Shown: positions 55,869 to 64,000 of the stretch, piece after piece
Position numbering within the stretch: the first letter of the stretch is position 1
Layout of the letters: each line of letters begins with the position of its first letter
From: an uncultured Pseudomonadota bacterium
GTDB taxonomy: Bacteria > Oederibacteriota > Muellerivitia > Muellerivitales > Muellerivitaceae
Length of the DNA stretch: 64,000 bases
Assembly: GCA_963836235.1 (NCBI GenBank)
Contig: CAWIIP010000004.1
Location: 864,001 to 928,000 of the forward strand
Direction of reading: 5' to 3'
Notes under the pieces: model-generated
Database searches by the model: none
The model's input: only the letters and a program-made list of their open reading frames with translations
What the model was told of the DNA's origin: nothing
Position numbers and translations under genes: made by a program

Positions 55869-56912
55869 TTGGAAAGACTTGAATTGAAAACTTACTATTT
55901 TGCTTTTTGCTTTTTTGTCCTTCTGGGATTGTCGATGGGTTGTACTAAATCACCGTCTTCCCCAGGTTCGGGTCAATGGGGCGAAGCCACGGCCCACGCG
56001 CCTTTTTCAGGCCGTTATGGTCTTTCGGGAACTGTTTTTAACGGCCTCATGTGGGTCGTGGGAGGGGCGGCGGGCAACGCGGATAATTCCGTGACCTATT
56101 ACGATGCCGATATTTGGTCATCCAGTAATGGATCGGCCTGGACAGAAGCGACTAGCAGCGCGCCTTTCGGAGGCCGGTATGGCAGCCAAACACTTTCTTA
56201 TAACGGGAAAATGTGGCTTATTGGTGGAAACAACAGCGGAACTTTGAAAAATGATGTTTGGAGCTCGCTGGATGGGGTCAATTGGACGCAGGTTTTGGCT
56301 TCAACGGGCAAGGGAACGGCAACCCAATTTAGCCCAAGGGAAGATTTTGGGGCTGTTGTTTTCAACAACGCCATGTGGGTTATTGGAGGCTGGGCTGGGG
56401 TGAGTAAAAATGATGTTTGGAGTTCGACGGATGGAATCAATTGGACTGAAGTAAATGCCAATGCTGCTTTTGCGGCGCGATGGGGGATGTCTACTTTGGT
56501 TTACAATAATACCCTATGGCTGATTTCAGGGACTTCCGGTTCAAGTACCAATTTTCCCACTACGGCGGGTTATGGCGATGTTTGGTCCTCGCCCGATGGC
56601 AATGTTTGGACAAAAGTTAACAACTTGGCTCCTTTTGGACTATCGTATTATCATCAAGTTGTTTCAAACGGCGGCCTGATGTGGCTTTCGGCGGGCTTCC
56701 TCTGGCCCACTTGGGGTCCGCAAAGTACCGTTTGGACTACGGGTGACGGCGTAACATGGTCCAATGTTTCTTCCCCCTTTCCGGCGCGATTTTATCACTT
56801 AAGTCTTTCCTACAATAACCAGGTATGGGTTATCGCTGGTTGTAATAATCTATGCAATAGTACTTCCGGCTGCGCGATTACTTATTTAAACGATGTTTGG
56901 TACACCCGGTAA
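55869..56912 (+). CDS. Kelch-like beta-propeller lipoprotein
   Basis: LSMGC lipobox; about 6 repeats of F..R.G....(F/Y)N..MW.IGG....NDVWSS.DG.NWT. Confidence 0.8.
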   Translation: MERLELKTYYFAFCFFVLLGLSMGCTKSPSSPGSGQWGEATAHAPFSGRYGLSGTVFNGLMWVVGGAAGNADNSVTYYDADIWSSSNGSAWTEATSSAPFGGRYGSQTLSYNGKMWLIGGNNSGTLKNDVWSSLDGVNWTQVLASTGKGTATQFSPREDFGAVVFNNAMWVIGGWAGVSKNDVWSSTDGINWTEVNANAAFAARWGMSTLVYNNTLWLISGTSGSSTNFPTTAGYGDVWSSPDGNVWTKVNNLAPFGLSYYHQVVSNGGLMWLSAGFLWPTWGPQSTVWTTGDGVTWSNVSSPFPARFYHLSLSYNNQVWVIAGCNNLCNSTSGCAITYLNDVWYTR

Positions 56913-57004
56913 ATTTTAGAAGTAAATTGATTTATTCATGTTCGCGTGGCTAATGATCTTTTAAGAATTTTTGAGTTTGATGAATGTCAAAAGGTGGCCC
57001 TAAG

Positions 57005-57205
57005 ATGATTCCGGTTACTCGATTAGATGGACAGGCGGTTTACGTCAATTCGGACCTTATTCTTTTTCTGGAAAGCTCGCCCGAAACCATCATGACGCTT
57101 CAAAACGGAAAAAAGATCACAGTCAAGGAAACGATTCCACAAGTTATTGACCGGGTTGTCGAGTTTAAATCCAGATGCTATCCAGTAATACCAACGCCTT
57201 CGTAA
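57005..57205 (+). CDS. flbD: Flagellar FlbD (SwrD) family protein
   Basis: MIPVTRLDG...VNSDLI...PETIMTL.NGKKI.VKE. Confidence 0.92.
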   Translation: MIPVTRLDGQAVYVNSDLILFLESSPETIMTLQNGKKITVKETIPQVIDRVVEFKSRCYPVIPTPS

Positions 57206-57532
57206 TGGGTTTTGAGGTAACTTAGTTTAGGAAACCGTATTTTAGAAGCTTGTAGTAGATAAAGTCATTTATCGGAGTTCACCCCATTAACACTTCTTTC
57301 CCCTAGGGAAATTGATCGGAACGAATTAAAAGGCTTTATTTAAGCTAAATGTTCGCAGGGGGAACTGAAACAGTTGCACGAACCTCCGTTAGGGGAGATA
57401 ATATAAGCATCTAGCTCTTAACATTTTTTGATTTATTTTCAACCTAATATCGGTTTTTGATCAGGTTGTTATTTAAATAATTGCTTGAGTGATAGTTTGG
57501 GGAATATCGGCAGAATCCTTTGATGGAATGAA

Positions 57533-59131
57533 GTGGGGAACCGAATGAAGATTAAAACACTATATTATCTTGTTTTGTCTTTGTTTTTTATTTATGTTGT
57601 TTTTCCGGCTATCCCAGGAGCTTTTGCTGTTTTCGCTCTTTCAAATGACCCCAACCAGCATTTTGACCCTACTCCCACAACAGGTGGTTCGGCAACAACG
57701 AACTGGGCTGTGACCCATAGTGGAGGCACCGCTTACACTTTGACCGTTCCTGGCGTCAGTCCTGATCAGGATACCAGCGATATCACGCCGGCTACAACGG
57801 GGCAATTAATTTCAGCGGGTAATTGCGCTGCCTGCTCAGTTACCTTGACTTATACGGATCCTTCCTCTGGTACCGGTGGAACGCAACAATATATTTTGGT
57901 GGATGTTTACACTGAAAACGTTGGACGGCAATTACAGCTTGTGGTGACGGATACAAATAGCATAGCGGTCACATCGGCTAGCACCGATCTTCTCTATAAC
58001 TGTTCCACAGGAGGAACTTTAGCCGGTACGACCAAAGCCAACACTTGGACAACCATCTTCGTCGATACGTCATCACTCACAACCATTGCAAACGTCAATA
58101 TCATCATACCTGCCGGGCAAGCCGCAACAATGAACACTGATCCTGTTTTATTTGATAATCTTCAAGGTGCCAGCAATTTGCCATGCTTGATACCGCCCAC
58201 GGCCACCAATACTCCGACCGCGACCGTAACCGATACCCCAACGGCTACTTCCACGATGACCGATACAGGCACTCCCACAGACACCTTTACCTCAACCGGT
58301 ACCCCTACCCATACCGCGACCGCTACGCCGACCGGCAGTCCGACTTCCACTATTACCTCTACAGCTACTTTCACACCGACATTAAGCCTGACGCCGACCC
58401 CCTCCTTTACACCCACATTAAGCTCAACGCCGACCAATCCCTCCACTCCTACCTCAACCCCGACCGCGACTCTTTCCTCAACGCCAACCAATAGCCCCAC
58501 TAATTCCGCGACTGAAACTCAATCATTTACGGCTACCTCTACAGGCACGCCGCCGGCGACATTTACTTTTACGTCTACATCAACCGTGACTTTTACCGAA
58601 ACATCCACTGCCACTTTGATTCCTACCAACACTCCGCTACCCACTTCGACCAATACGTTTACTTTCACGCCTTCCAGTAGTCCGACTCCAACATTTACAT
58701 TTACTCAAACGTTCACTCCGACCATCACCTTTACCCCAACCAGTACAAATACGCCTGGTCCCACATCTACTTACACTCAAACGCCTTGTCCGGTTGTGGT
58801 TTATCCCAACCCTATGGATTTTCAACATATCCCGGCTTATTCGAATAATTGTCCTAGTGGGACTGCCTGCATAAAATTTGATTGTGTTCCCGTTGGTTCG
58901 ACTTTAAAAATTTACACCGTATCCTTAGGACTGGTTCGAAACTTTACCGCTACTGAACCTTCCCCCATATTCACACTGGATTCGGGCCTTAATGTAGGGA
59001 CCTTCCACTGGGATGGAAACAACGGGGATGGAAATCCCGTTTCTGCCGGTTTTTATATTTATGTCATCGACGGCCCCGGCGGCAGGACTTTTGGTAAGTT
59101 CGCTATTTCACGTTCCTGGAACGGATCTTAA
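57533..59131 (+). CDS. Secreted protein: N-terminal beta domain, Thr/Pro/Ser linker, T9SS-type-A/FlgD-Ig-like C-terminal sorting domain
   Basis: Signal peptide; ~200-aa (T/S)xT(P/F) linker; C-terminal VVYPNP...LKIYTVSLGLVR...WDGNNGDGNPVSAGFYIYVI...GKFAISR. Confidence 0.8.
   Translation: MGNRMKIKTLYYLVLSLFFIYVVFPAIPGAFAVFALSNDPNQHFDPTPTTGGSATTNWAVTHSGGTAYTLTVPGVSPDQDTSDITPATTGQLISAGNCAACSVTLTYTDPSSGTGGTQQYILVDVYTENVGRQLQLVVTDTNSIAVTSASTDLLYNCSTGGTLAGTTKANTWTTIFVDTSSLTTIANVNIIIPAGQAATMNTDPVLFDNLQGASNLPCLIPPTATNTPTATVTDTPTATSTMTDTGTPTDTFTSTGTPTHTATATPTGSPTSTITSTATFTPTLSLTPTPSFTPTLSSTPTNPSTPTSTPTATLSSTPTNSPTNSATETQSFTATSTGTPPATFTFTSTSTVTFTETSTATLIPTNTPLPTSTNTFTFTPSSSPTPTFTFTQTFTPTITFTPTSTNTPGPTSTYTQTPCPVVVYPNPMDFQHIPAYSNNCPSGTACIKFDCVPVGSTLKIYTVSLGLVRNFTATEPSPIFTLDSGLNVGTFHWDGNNGDGNPVSAGFYIYVIDGPGGRTFGKFAISRSWNGS
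58195..58785 (+). repeat. Low-complexity Thr/Pro/Ser repeat (TPT/TxT) linker
   Basis: PTATNTPTATVTDTPT...TFTPTITFTPTSTNTP; AC-rich DNA. Confidence 0.9.
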
Positions 59132-60102
59132 TGACCGGGGTTTTTTTCAAGCGTACGATCACGTCAACGCTCTTGCTATGGGGCATGATCAATTTTTCGG
59201 CCCATGCTCAAACAGATAACGGGGGCCGGGCAGCTTTTGATTTCTTGAAGATTTCCCCCATTTCCAGGGCCGTCGGAGTTGGAGGCGCCTATACGGCATT
59301 GGGCGATGATGTGGGTTCCATTTACTACAATCCAGCGGGACTTGCCAGTATTTTAACCAATGAATTAAATGTGACTTATCTTTCCCTTTATCAGAGTTTT
59401 AGCTATGAATTTCTTGCTTATGCTTACCCATTGGGTGAGTCCCTTCCTTCCGTTGGCGGTACGGTTGCTTTGAGTGCTAGTTTGTTTCAACCGGGCAATC
59501 AATCACGAACCAATGATTTTGGCGTTACTACAGGGACTTTTTCCAGCGGAGACCAGGTTTTTTCCCTAGCTTACGCGAGAGCTTTTGGTGATAGGTTTCA
59601 TGTTGGCCTTTCGGTCAATTTGATCCAGCAACAGATTGATACCATTTCCAGTTCTGTTTTTGACGTAAACGCCGGGATTGTTGTTTTGCCCCCTTTTGAC
59701 GGAATGCGTTTAGGTTTGTCGTTGAAAAATATGGGTTCCCAAGTGTCCAACTTTAATCTACCCTTTACCTTAAACGCAGGGCTTTCCTACCGACGATATG
59801 AGATTTTCAACGAACAAGACGATGGGGTTTTAACAGCGGAAGTGGCTTTTCCCCTGGAACCTATTGAAGACCCGGTGGGGGTAAAGGTGGGGGGAGAATA
59901 CGATTTTAAGTGGGTTGGAAGCCGGGCGACTCTTCGTGCAGGATATGAGTTTCTCGACACATCCCTAAACGGCGTTGGACTTGCCTTAGGAGCGGGATAT
60001 GGCTTGGATTTTGAGGGCACAGTCCTTTTCCTGGATTACGCTTATGCCCCAGCCGATATTTTTGGCGATGCCCAGCGTATTTCCATAACGACGAAATTTT
60101 AA
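59131..60102 (+). CDS. PorV/PorQ-family outer-membrane barrel
   Basis: FDFLKISPISRAVGVGGAYTALGDDVGSIYYNPAGL; DYAYAP..IFGDAQRISITTKF with terminal Phe. Confidence 0.85.
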   Translation: MTGVFFKRTITSTLLLWGMINFSAHAQTDNGGRAAFDFLKISPISRAVGVGGAYTALGDDVGSIYYNPAGLASILTNELNVTYLSLYQSFSYEFLAYAYPLGESLPSVGGTVALSASLFQPGNQSRTNDFGVTTGTFSSGDQVFSLAYARAFGDRFHVGLSVNLIQQQIDTISSSVFDVNAGIVVLPPFDGMRLGLSLKNMGSQVSNFNLPFTLNAGLSYRRYEIFNEQDDGVLTAEVAFPLEPIEDPVGVKVGGEYDFKWVGSRATLRAGYEFLDTSLNGVGLALGAGYGLDFEGTVLFLDYAYAPADIFGDAQRISITTKF

Positions 60103-60121
60103 ATTTATCTGGAAGAGTGCA

Positions 60122-61165
60122 ATGGGTTCTACTTGTTTTATTCAATTGGCCAGAATTTTCCTGTTGATTCTAGGCAGCCTCGTTTTATGCCATCGAGCGC
60201 ATTCCCAGACGGTAGGAACGACCACGGCGGATATTTTAAAAATCAACGAGGGCGCCAGGCCGGCAGCCATGGGGGGAGCTTATACCGCCATGGGCGACGA
60301 TATTTATTCCCTTGATTATAACCCAGCCGGATTGAGTTATTTGAAAGCTTCCCAGTTGGTAGTGATGCACTTAGACAGCTTAGCCGGTATTGAATATGAA
60401 TATTTATCTTTTGGGACGGCATGGGGATCCAGCAACGTTTTGGCGTTTAACGCTACTTACCGCCATGAACCGCCGATTGATAATAACAACGGTAATCCGG
60501 CGGTTTATACCGACGATCTTTTAGCAAGCCTTTCGTATGGCTTTAAACTTGGTAATAATTTTCGCGCGGGGCTGACTGGGAAGTACCTGAAAAGTGATCT
60601 CGCTGCTTACTCGGCGACAGCGGTTGCTTTTGACTTGGGAATCGTCCTTGACCATTTGCCTTACGGAATCCGGGCTGGGGCCGCCGTTCAAAATCTCGGG
60701 ACGGGTATGACTTTTACGCCCGGGGGAACCGGGTCTTCTAACGGTGCTCCCTCTGAATCGCTGCCGCTTTTCTTGCGTTTCGGTTTGGGGACACACCAAG
60801 TGATTGATGGAAATAAGGATTTGAATGTTGGCATCGAAGTGTTCAAACCATCAGATCAAGATATTAAAATAGGGCTCGGTGGAGAATATTGGGTTTTTCC
60901 ACAACTTTTCGTGATTCGAGGTGGATATAAGATCGAAAATCTCGGAACGCCTTATGGAGGCATAAACGCTTCCACCAATAAACCATTCCCGGGTGTATCG
61001 AACGCGTTTCAGGATTACACTTTGGGATGTACTCTCACCCGTCGGATTGATGGAGATGATTTTTCAATTGATATCGCTTACGATCCGGGAAATTTTTCAA
61101 CCACCACGCAGGATACTTTCTTTTTCGCCCTCAATCTTCGGTTCAACCAACTGCGCCTTTTCTAA
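60122..61165 (+). CDS. PorV/PorQ-family outer-membrane barrel (second paralogue)
   Basis: ILKINEGARPAAMGGAYTAMGDDIYSLDYNPAGL; AVAFDLG, AVQNLG, GGEYW, RGGY; terminal Phe. Confidence 0.85.
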   Translation: MGSTCFIQLARIFLLILGSLVLCHRAHSQTVGTTTADILKINEGARPAAMGGAYTAMGDDIYSLDYNPAGLSYLKASQLVVMHLDSLAGIEYEYLSFGTAWGSSNVLAFNATYRHEPPIDNNNGNPAVYTDDLLASLSYGFKLGNNFRAGLTGKYLKSDLAAYSATAVAFDLGIVLDHLPYGIRAGAAVQNLGTGMTFTPGGTGSSNGAPSESLPLFLRFGLGTHQVIDGNKDLNVGIEVFKPSDQDIKIGLGGEYWVFPQLFVIRGGYKIENLGTPYGGINASTNKPFPGVSNAFQDYTLGCTLTRRIDGDDFSIDIAYDPGNFSTTTQDTFFFALNLRFNQLRLF

Positions 61166-61202
61166 TCGGTTCCCGCCATTTGATGTGACGGCTTTTCTAT
61201 AA

Positions 61203-61231
61203 TTGACAAGCGTTCATAGCCCTGTTAATCT
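61203..61231 (+). promoter_or_regulatory. sigma70 promoter for tRNA-Phe
   Basis: TTGACA 61203-61208, 17 nt spacer, TGnTAATCT ending at 61231. Confidence 0.65.
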
Positions 61232-61287
61232 TCAAACCCTGCAAACGTTGTTGTTTGTTTCTAACCTAAACTTCACAATTCTTTGGA

Positions 61288-61363
<76 letters not shown>

Positions 61364-61488
61364 CTTATTCATAAAAAATTAATTACAAAATTCATGCGAA
61401 AGTCGTTAGTATTCCAGCTCGGAATGGTTTATTTGAAGAAGGTTTGAAATCTTGATTTTTTCCACTTTTTAATGATTTTAAGGATTTC

Positions 61489-62871
61489 ATGAGCCCGGTT
61501 TCCGCTGACATATTAAAACCCGGTAGTATTCACGGGATTTATCCCAAATCACTTGGGAATACACAGGCGGAACAGATTGGTTTGGCCTTCGGGACACTCG
61601 TCAAAGATGAATACCGAAGAAATATTAAGGTGGTAGTTGGCCACGATAACCGACATTCCAGTGGCGCCTTGAATCGATGGCTCATTCAAGGCCTGCGAAA
61701 CACCGGCCTAAAAATTGTGGATGCCGGATTTGTCTCATCCCCTCTTTTAGCCTATGCCGTCCGGTTTTCCGGAGCTTCGGTGGGCATCATGATCACCGGC
61801 TCACATACCCCCGCCCAATACAACGGATTTAAAGTCTTTACCCAAGAGGGGCCCGCGTTACTGGATTGGATGGATCGACTTTACCGGATTTTGAAAAGTC
61901 AAAACTTTAGAAAGGGAGCGGGCGTAGTCGAAAAAAAAACTTTTTACGCCGATTACCGCAATGCCTTGGTTAACACCGTGGCCCAAAATTTCAAAGGTCT
62001 TAAGATAACCGTAGATGTGGGCAATGGAACAGCGGCTCTCACGGTACCCATGGCGTTGGAAGCCCTTCATTGCGAGGTAGACGTATTGAACGGTGAATCC
62101 AATGGAGATTTTCCCGGAAGAGGGGCGGACAGTTCCCAGATAAAGGTTCTTAATGTTTTGGGGGAAAGGGTACGGAAAACCAAGTCCCAATTGGGAGTGG
62201 CTTTTGACGCCGATGGAGACCGGATCAGTTTCGTAGATGAAAAGGGGCACGAAGTACCCAATGACGTTGTTCTCTGCCTTTTTTCGACGGATTTACTGAA
62301 ACGGCAAAAAAATGGAAGCGTGGTTTTTGATGGAGGATGTTCGGATTTGGTGGAAAAAACTGTCCGTGATTTGGGTGGGGCTCCATTGTTGGAAAAAACC
62401 GGTCATTCCTTCATTTTTGATCGGATGAAAAAAAGCAAATCCCTGTTAGGGGGGGAGGCCTCCGGGCATTTTTTTCTACCCGGTTCTTTTCCGGGAGACG
62501 TCCTTTATGCCTGTTTGCGCCTTTTGGAATTATTGAAAGGGAGCCAAAAAAGCCTTTCCGAGGTTTGCGCGGCATTTCCCGTTAGAGTTTCCACCCATGA
62601 TGTAAACCTGGCTATTTCGCCGGAAAAAGTGCCGTCTTTTTACGAGTCTTTGAAAAACCGCGCCTTAGAAAAGGGGGCTAAGGTTTCGACTCTCGACGGA
62701 GTTCGGGCCGTTTTTGATGACGGCTGGGGCATTGTCCACAACTCCGGGATTGAACCCTTCCTTTCGTGCCGTTTTGAGGCGCCTACCCTAGGCAAATTAA
62801 CGCAACTGATTAAATTGTGGCTCTGTGACCACCCCGAGGTGCAGGAAAAAATCTTTAGAGATATTGAATGA
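61489..62871 (+). CDS. Phosphomannomutase/phosphoglucomutase-family enzyme (divergent)
   Basis: VGHDNR, MITGSHTP..YNGFK, AFDADGDR, GGEASGH, LDGVR. Confidence 0.88.
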   Translation: MSPVSADILKPGSIHGIYPKSLGNTQAEQIGLAFGTLVKDEYRRNIKVVVGHDNRHSSGALNRWLIQGLRNTGLKIVDAGFVSSPLLAYAVRFSGASVGIMITGSHTPAQYNGFKVFTQEGPALLDWMDRLYRILKSQNFRKGAGVVEKKTFYADYRNALVNTVAQNFKGLKITVDVGNGTAALTVPMALEALHCEVDVLNGESNGDFPGRGADSSQIKVLNVLGERVRKTKSQLGVAFDADGDRISFVDEKGHEVPNDVVLCLFSTDLLKRQKNGSVVFDGGCSDLVEKTVRDLGGAPLLEKTGHSFIFDRMKKSKSLLGGEASGHFFLPGSFPGDVLYACLRLLELLKGSQKSLSEVCAAFPVRVSTHDVNLAISPEKVPSFYESLKNRALEKGAKVSTLDGVRAVFDDGWGIVHNSGIEPFLSCRFEAPTLGKLTQLIKLWLCDHPEVQEKIFRDIE

Positions 62872-62899
62872 AATTATTAATTAAAATCGCTGGTTTCCA

Positions 62900-63319
62900 A
62901 TGATTTATTGTGTTTTTGTTGGCCTCTTCAAGGACAAGCGCCTTGAACAAATGAGCGAGGAGTTTCGCCAAAGACTTGATCGGCTTTGGCCGGTAAAGAT
63001 TTTGAAAATGGCGGAAAAAGAAAAGGAAATTCTCAAGTTCATCCAAGAAAAAAGCGGGAAAGCCCTATTGGTTTCGATTGATGCCCCTGGGGAGTCTATG
63101 GATTCACCTTCGTTTATACGATGGGTCACGAAATCCTCGCAGGATATTTACTTTTTTGCCTGGGGCGCAGATGGCCCACCAAAAGGGGTGTTGAAAACAA
63201 CCTTTAAAAGTGTGAGCTTATCGCCGATGACCTATTCCCACGAGATGGCTCGGATGCTTTTAATGGAACAGCTTTATCGGGCCGGCGCGACCTTAAGGGG
63301 ACATCCATATCCCCGTTGA
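62900..63319 (+). CDS. rlmH: 23S rRNA m3-pseudouridine1915 methyltransferase RlmH
   Basis: SLSPMTYSHEMARMLLMEQLYRA..LRGHPYPR SPOUT C-terminus. Confidence 0.85.
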   Translation: MIYCVFVGLFKDKRLEQMSEEFRQRLDRLWPVKILKMAEKEKEILKFIQEKSGKALLVSIDAPGESMDSPSFIRWVTKSSQDIYFFAWGADGPPKGVLKTTFKSVSLSPMTYSHEMARMLLMEQLYRAGATLRGHPYPR

Positions 63320-63347
63320 ATTCAATTAGGTTATCCGGTCTCAAAGC

Positions 63348-63427
63348 AGCGGACGGAGATAAATGAAAGTATTCGGAGAGCGCTAAAAGATATTTGAGAT
63401 TAAAATATATGCAACCAGCCGTCCGCT
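63348..63427 (+). ncRNA. Candidate c-di-GMP-II-like riboswitch aptamer (divergent)
   Basis: 9-bp P1 AGCGGACGG/CCGTCCGCT; GGA..ATGA and TTGAG k-turn-like strands; AAGTATT/GATATTT stem; 3' TGCAACCAGCC; loop deviates from GGGCAC. Confidence 0.45.
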
Positions 63428-63495
63428 TCAGTCGTCTTAGCTTTGTGGGGAAGAACAGATTTGATTATCCAGCCAGAGATAAATTAGGGGGAAAA

Positions 63496-64000
63496 ATGAC
63501 GAATCACAGATTGTTTTTGAGGGTTTCTTCCTTTGCCTTGACGGGATTCCTTTTGGCCTTGGCGGGGCCTTTTGCTAACCTTTCCCGTGCGGATGAACAA
63601 GCTACGGCGGCTGCGGACCCGGTGGAATATGTAGTGGAAGACATTAAGGGAACGGTTCAGGTTCTGGAAGACGGCGCTAAAGACTGGGAAACCGCGCAAG
63701 AAGGACAAGTTGTTGAATCGGGTGATGAAATCAAGGCGGGCGACAATAGCGAAGCTACCTTGACGATGCAGTCCGAAACTTCGGTTCATTTAAGTTCCGA
63801 TACCGACATGAAGGTCGAACGGATAGAAGCCAATCAAACCGGTGGTTTTTTAAGTCAGCTTCAGGTTTTGGCTGGGAGTCTGCTTGCCGACGTTAAAAAA
63901 CATCTTGTGGACAGCCATTCCTCGTTCGAGATTGAATCCAATGGTGTTGTATGCGGAGTGAGGGGGACGGCCTTTGAAGTAAGAGCCGAAGGTGATACCG
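63496..64000 (+). CDS. Exported FecR-domain protein (3' truncated by window edge; not in ORF track)
   Basis: AGGGGG RBS, ATG 63496, signal peptide, ...GDEIKAGDNSEATL...FEIESNGVVCGVRGTAFEV; open to window end. Confidence 0.85.
   Translation, partial: MTNHRLFLRVSSFALTGFLLALAGPFANLSRADEQATAAADPVEYVVEDIKGTVQVLEDGAKDWETAQEGQVVESGDEIKAGDNSEATLTMQSETSVHLSSDTDMKVERIEANQTGGFLSQLQVLAGSLLADVKKHLVDSHSSFEIESNGVVCGVRGTAFEVRAEGDT

Noticed and set aside
57359-57372. GGGGAACTGAAACA resembles a conserved 23S rRNA segment
   Set aside because: Only about 14 nt match, with no flanking rRNA similarity.
58195-58785. AC-rich repeats considered as a CRISPR array or VNTR
   Set aside because: No identical repeat units with spacers; the region is a degenerate Thr/Pro coding linker.
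63484-63789. 101-aa minus-strand ORF at the window end
   Set aside because: Antisense to the FecR-domain gene starting at 63496 on the + strand.

Overview
Bacterial chromosomal window with essentially all genes on the + strand. 1-12.5 kb holds housekeeping genes: a partial oxidoreductase, a HExxH surface protein, three tandem thioredoxins, secD-secF, yggS-proC-yggT-yggU-punA-mtnA, a thioesterase, a 34-aa bS22-like ORF missing from the ORF track, and a membrane GAF-GAF-GGEEF diguanylate cyclase. 12.7-57.2 kb is a ~44 kb flagellar supercluster headed by a MerR/HspR-like regulator. Its gene inventory is Firmicutes/spirochete-like, but it also has diderm flgA/flgH/flgI. No fliC, fliD, fliS, flgL or che genes lie in the window. 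57.5-64 kb holds a Thr/Pro-linker secreted protein with a T9SS-like C-terminal sorting domain, two PorV-like barrels, tRNA-Phe, a divergent phosphohexomutase, rlmH and a partial FecR-domain gene. The strongest leads are: (1) a two-hairpin RNA element with compensatory base changes, present in front of both flgG and flgE, next to a TIGR02530 protein with an RNase-like sequence pattern; (2) four PorV/FadL-like outer-membrane barrels, two of them fusion proteins inside the flagellar operon and one coupled to a CTD-bearing cargo gene; (3) a divergent c-di-GMP-II-like aptamer; (4) extreme Lys/Arg depletion in the outer flagellar proteins; (5) variant sigma28 promoters. All calls come from motif recognition by eye and hand counts; no searches were run. 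An uncultured diderm lineage, possibly from an acidic habitat, is an inference only.
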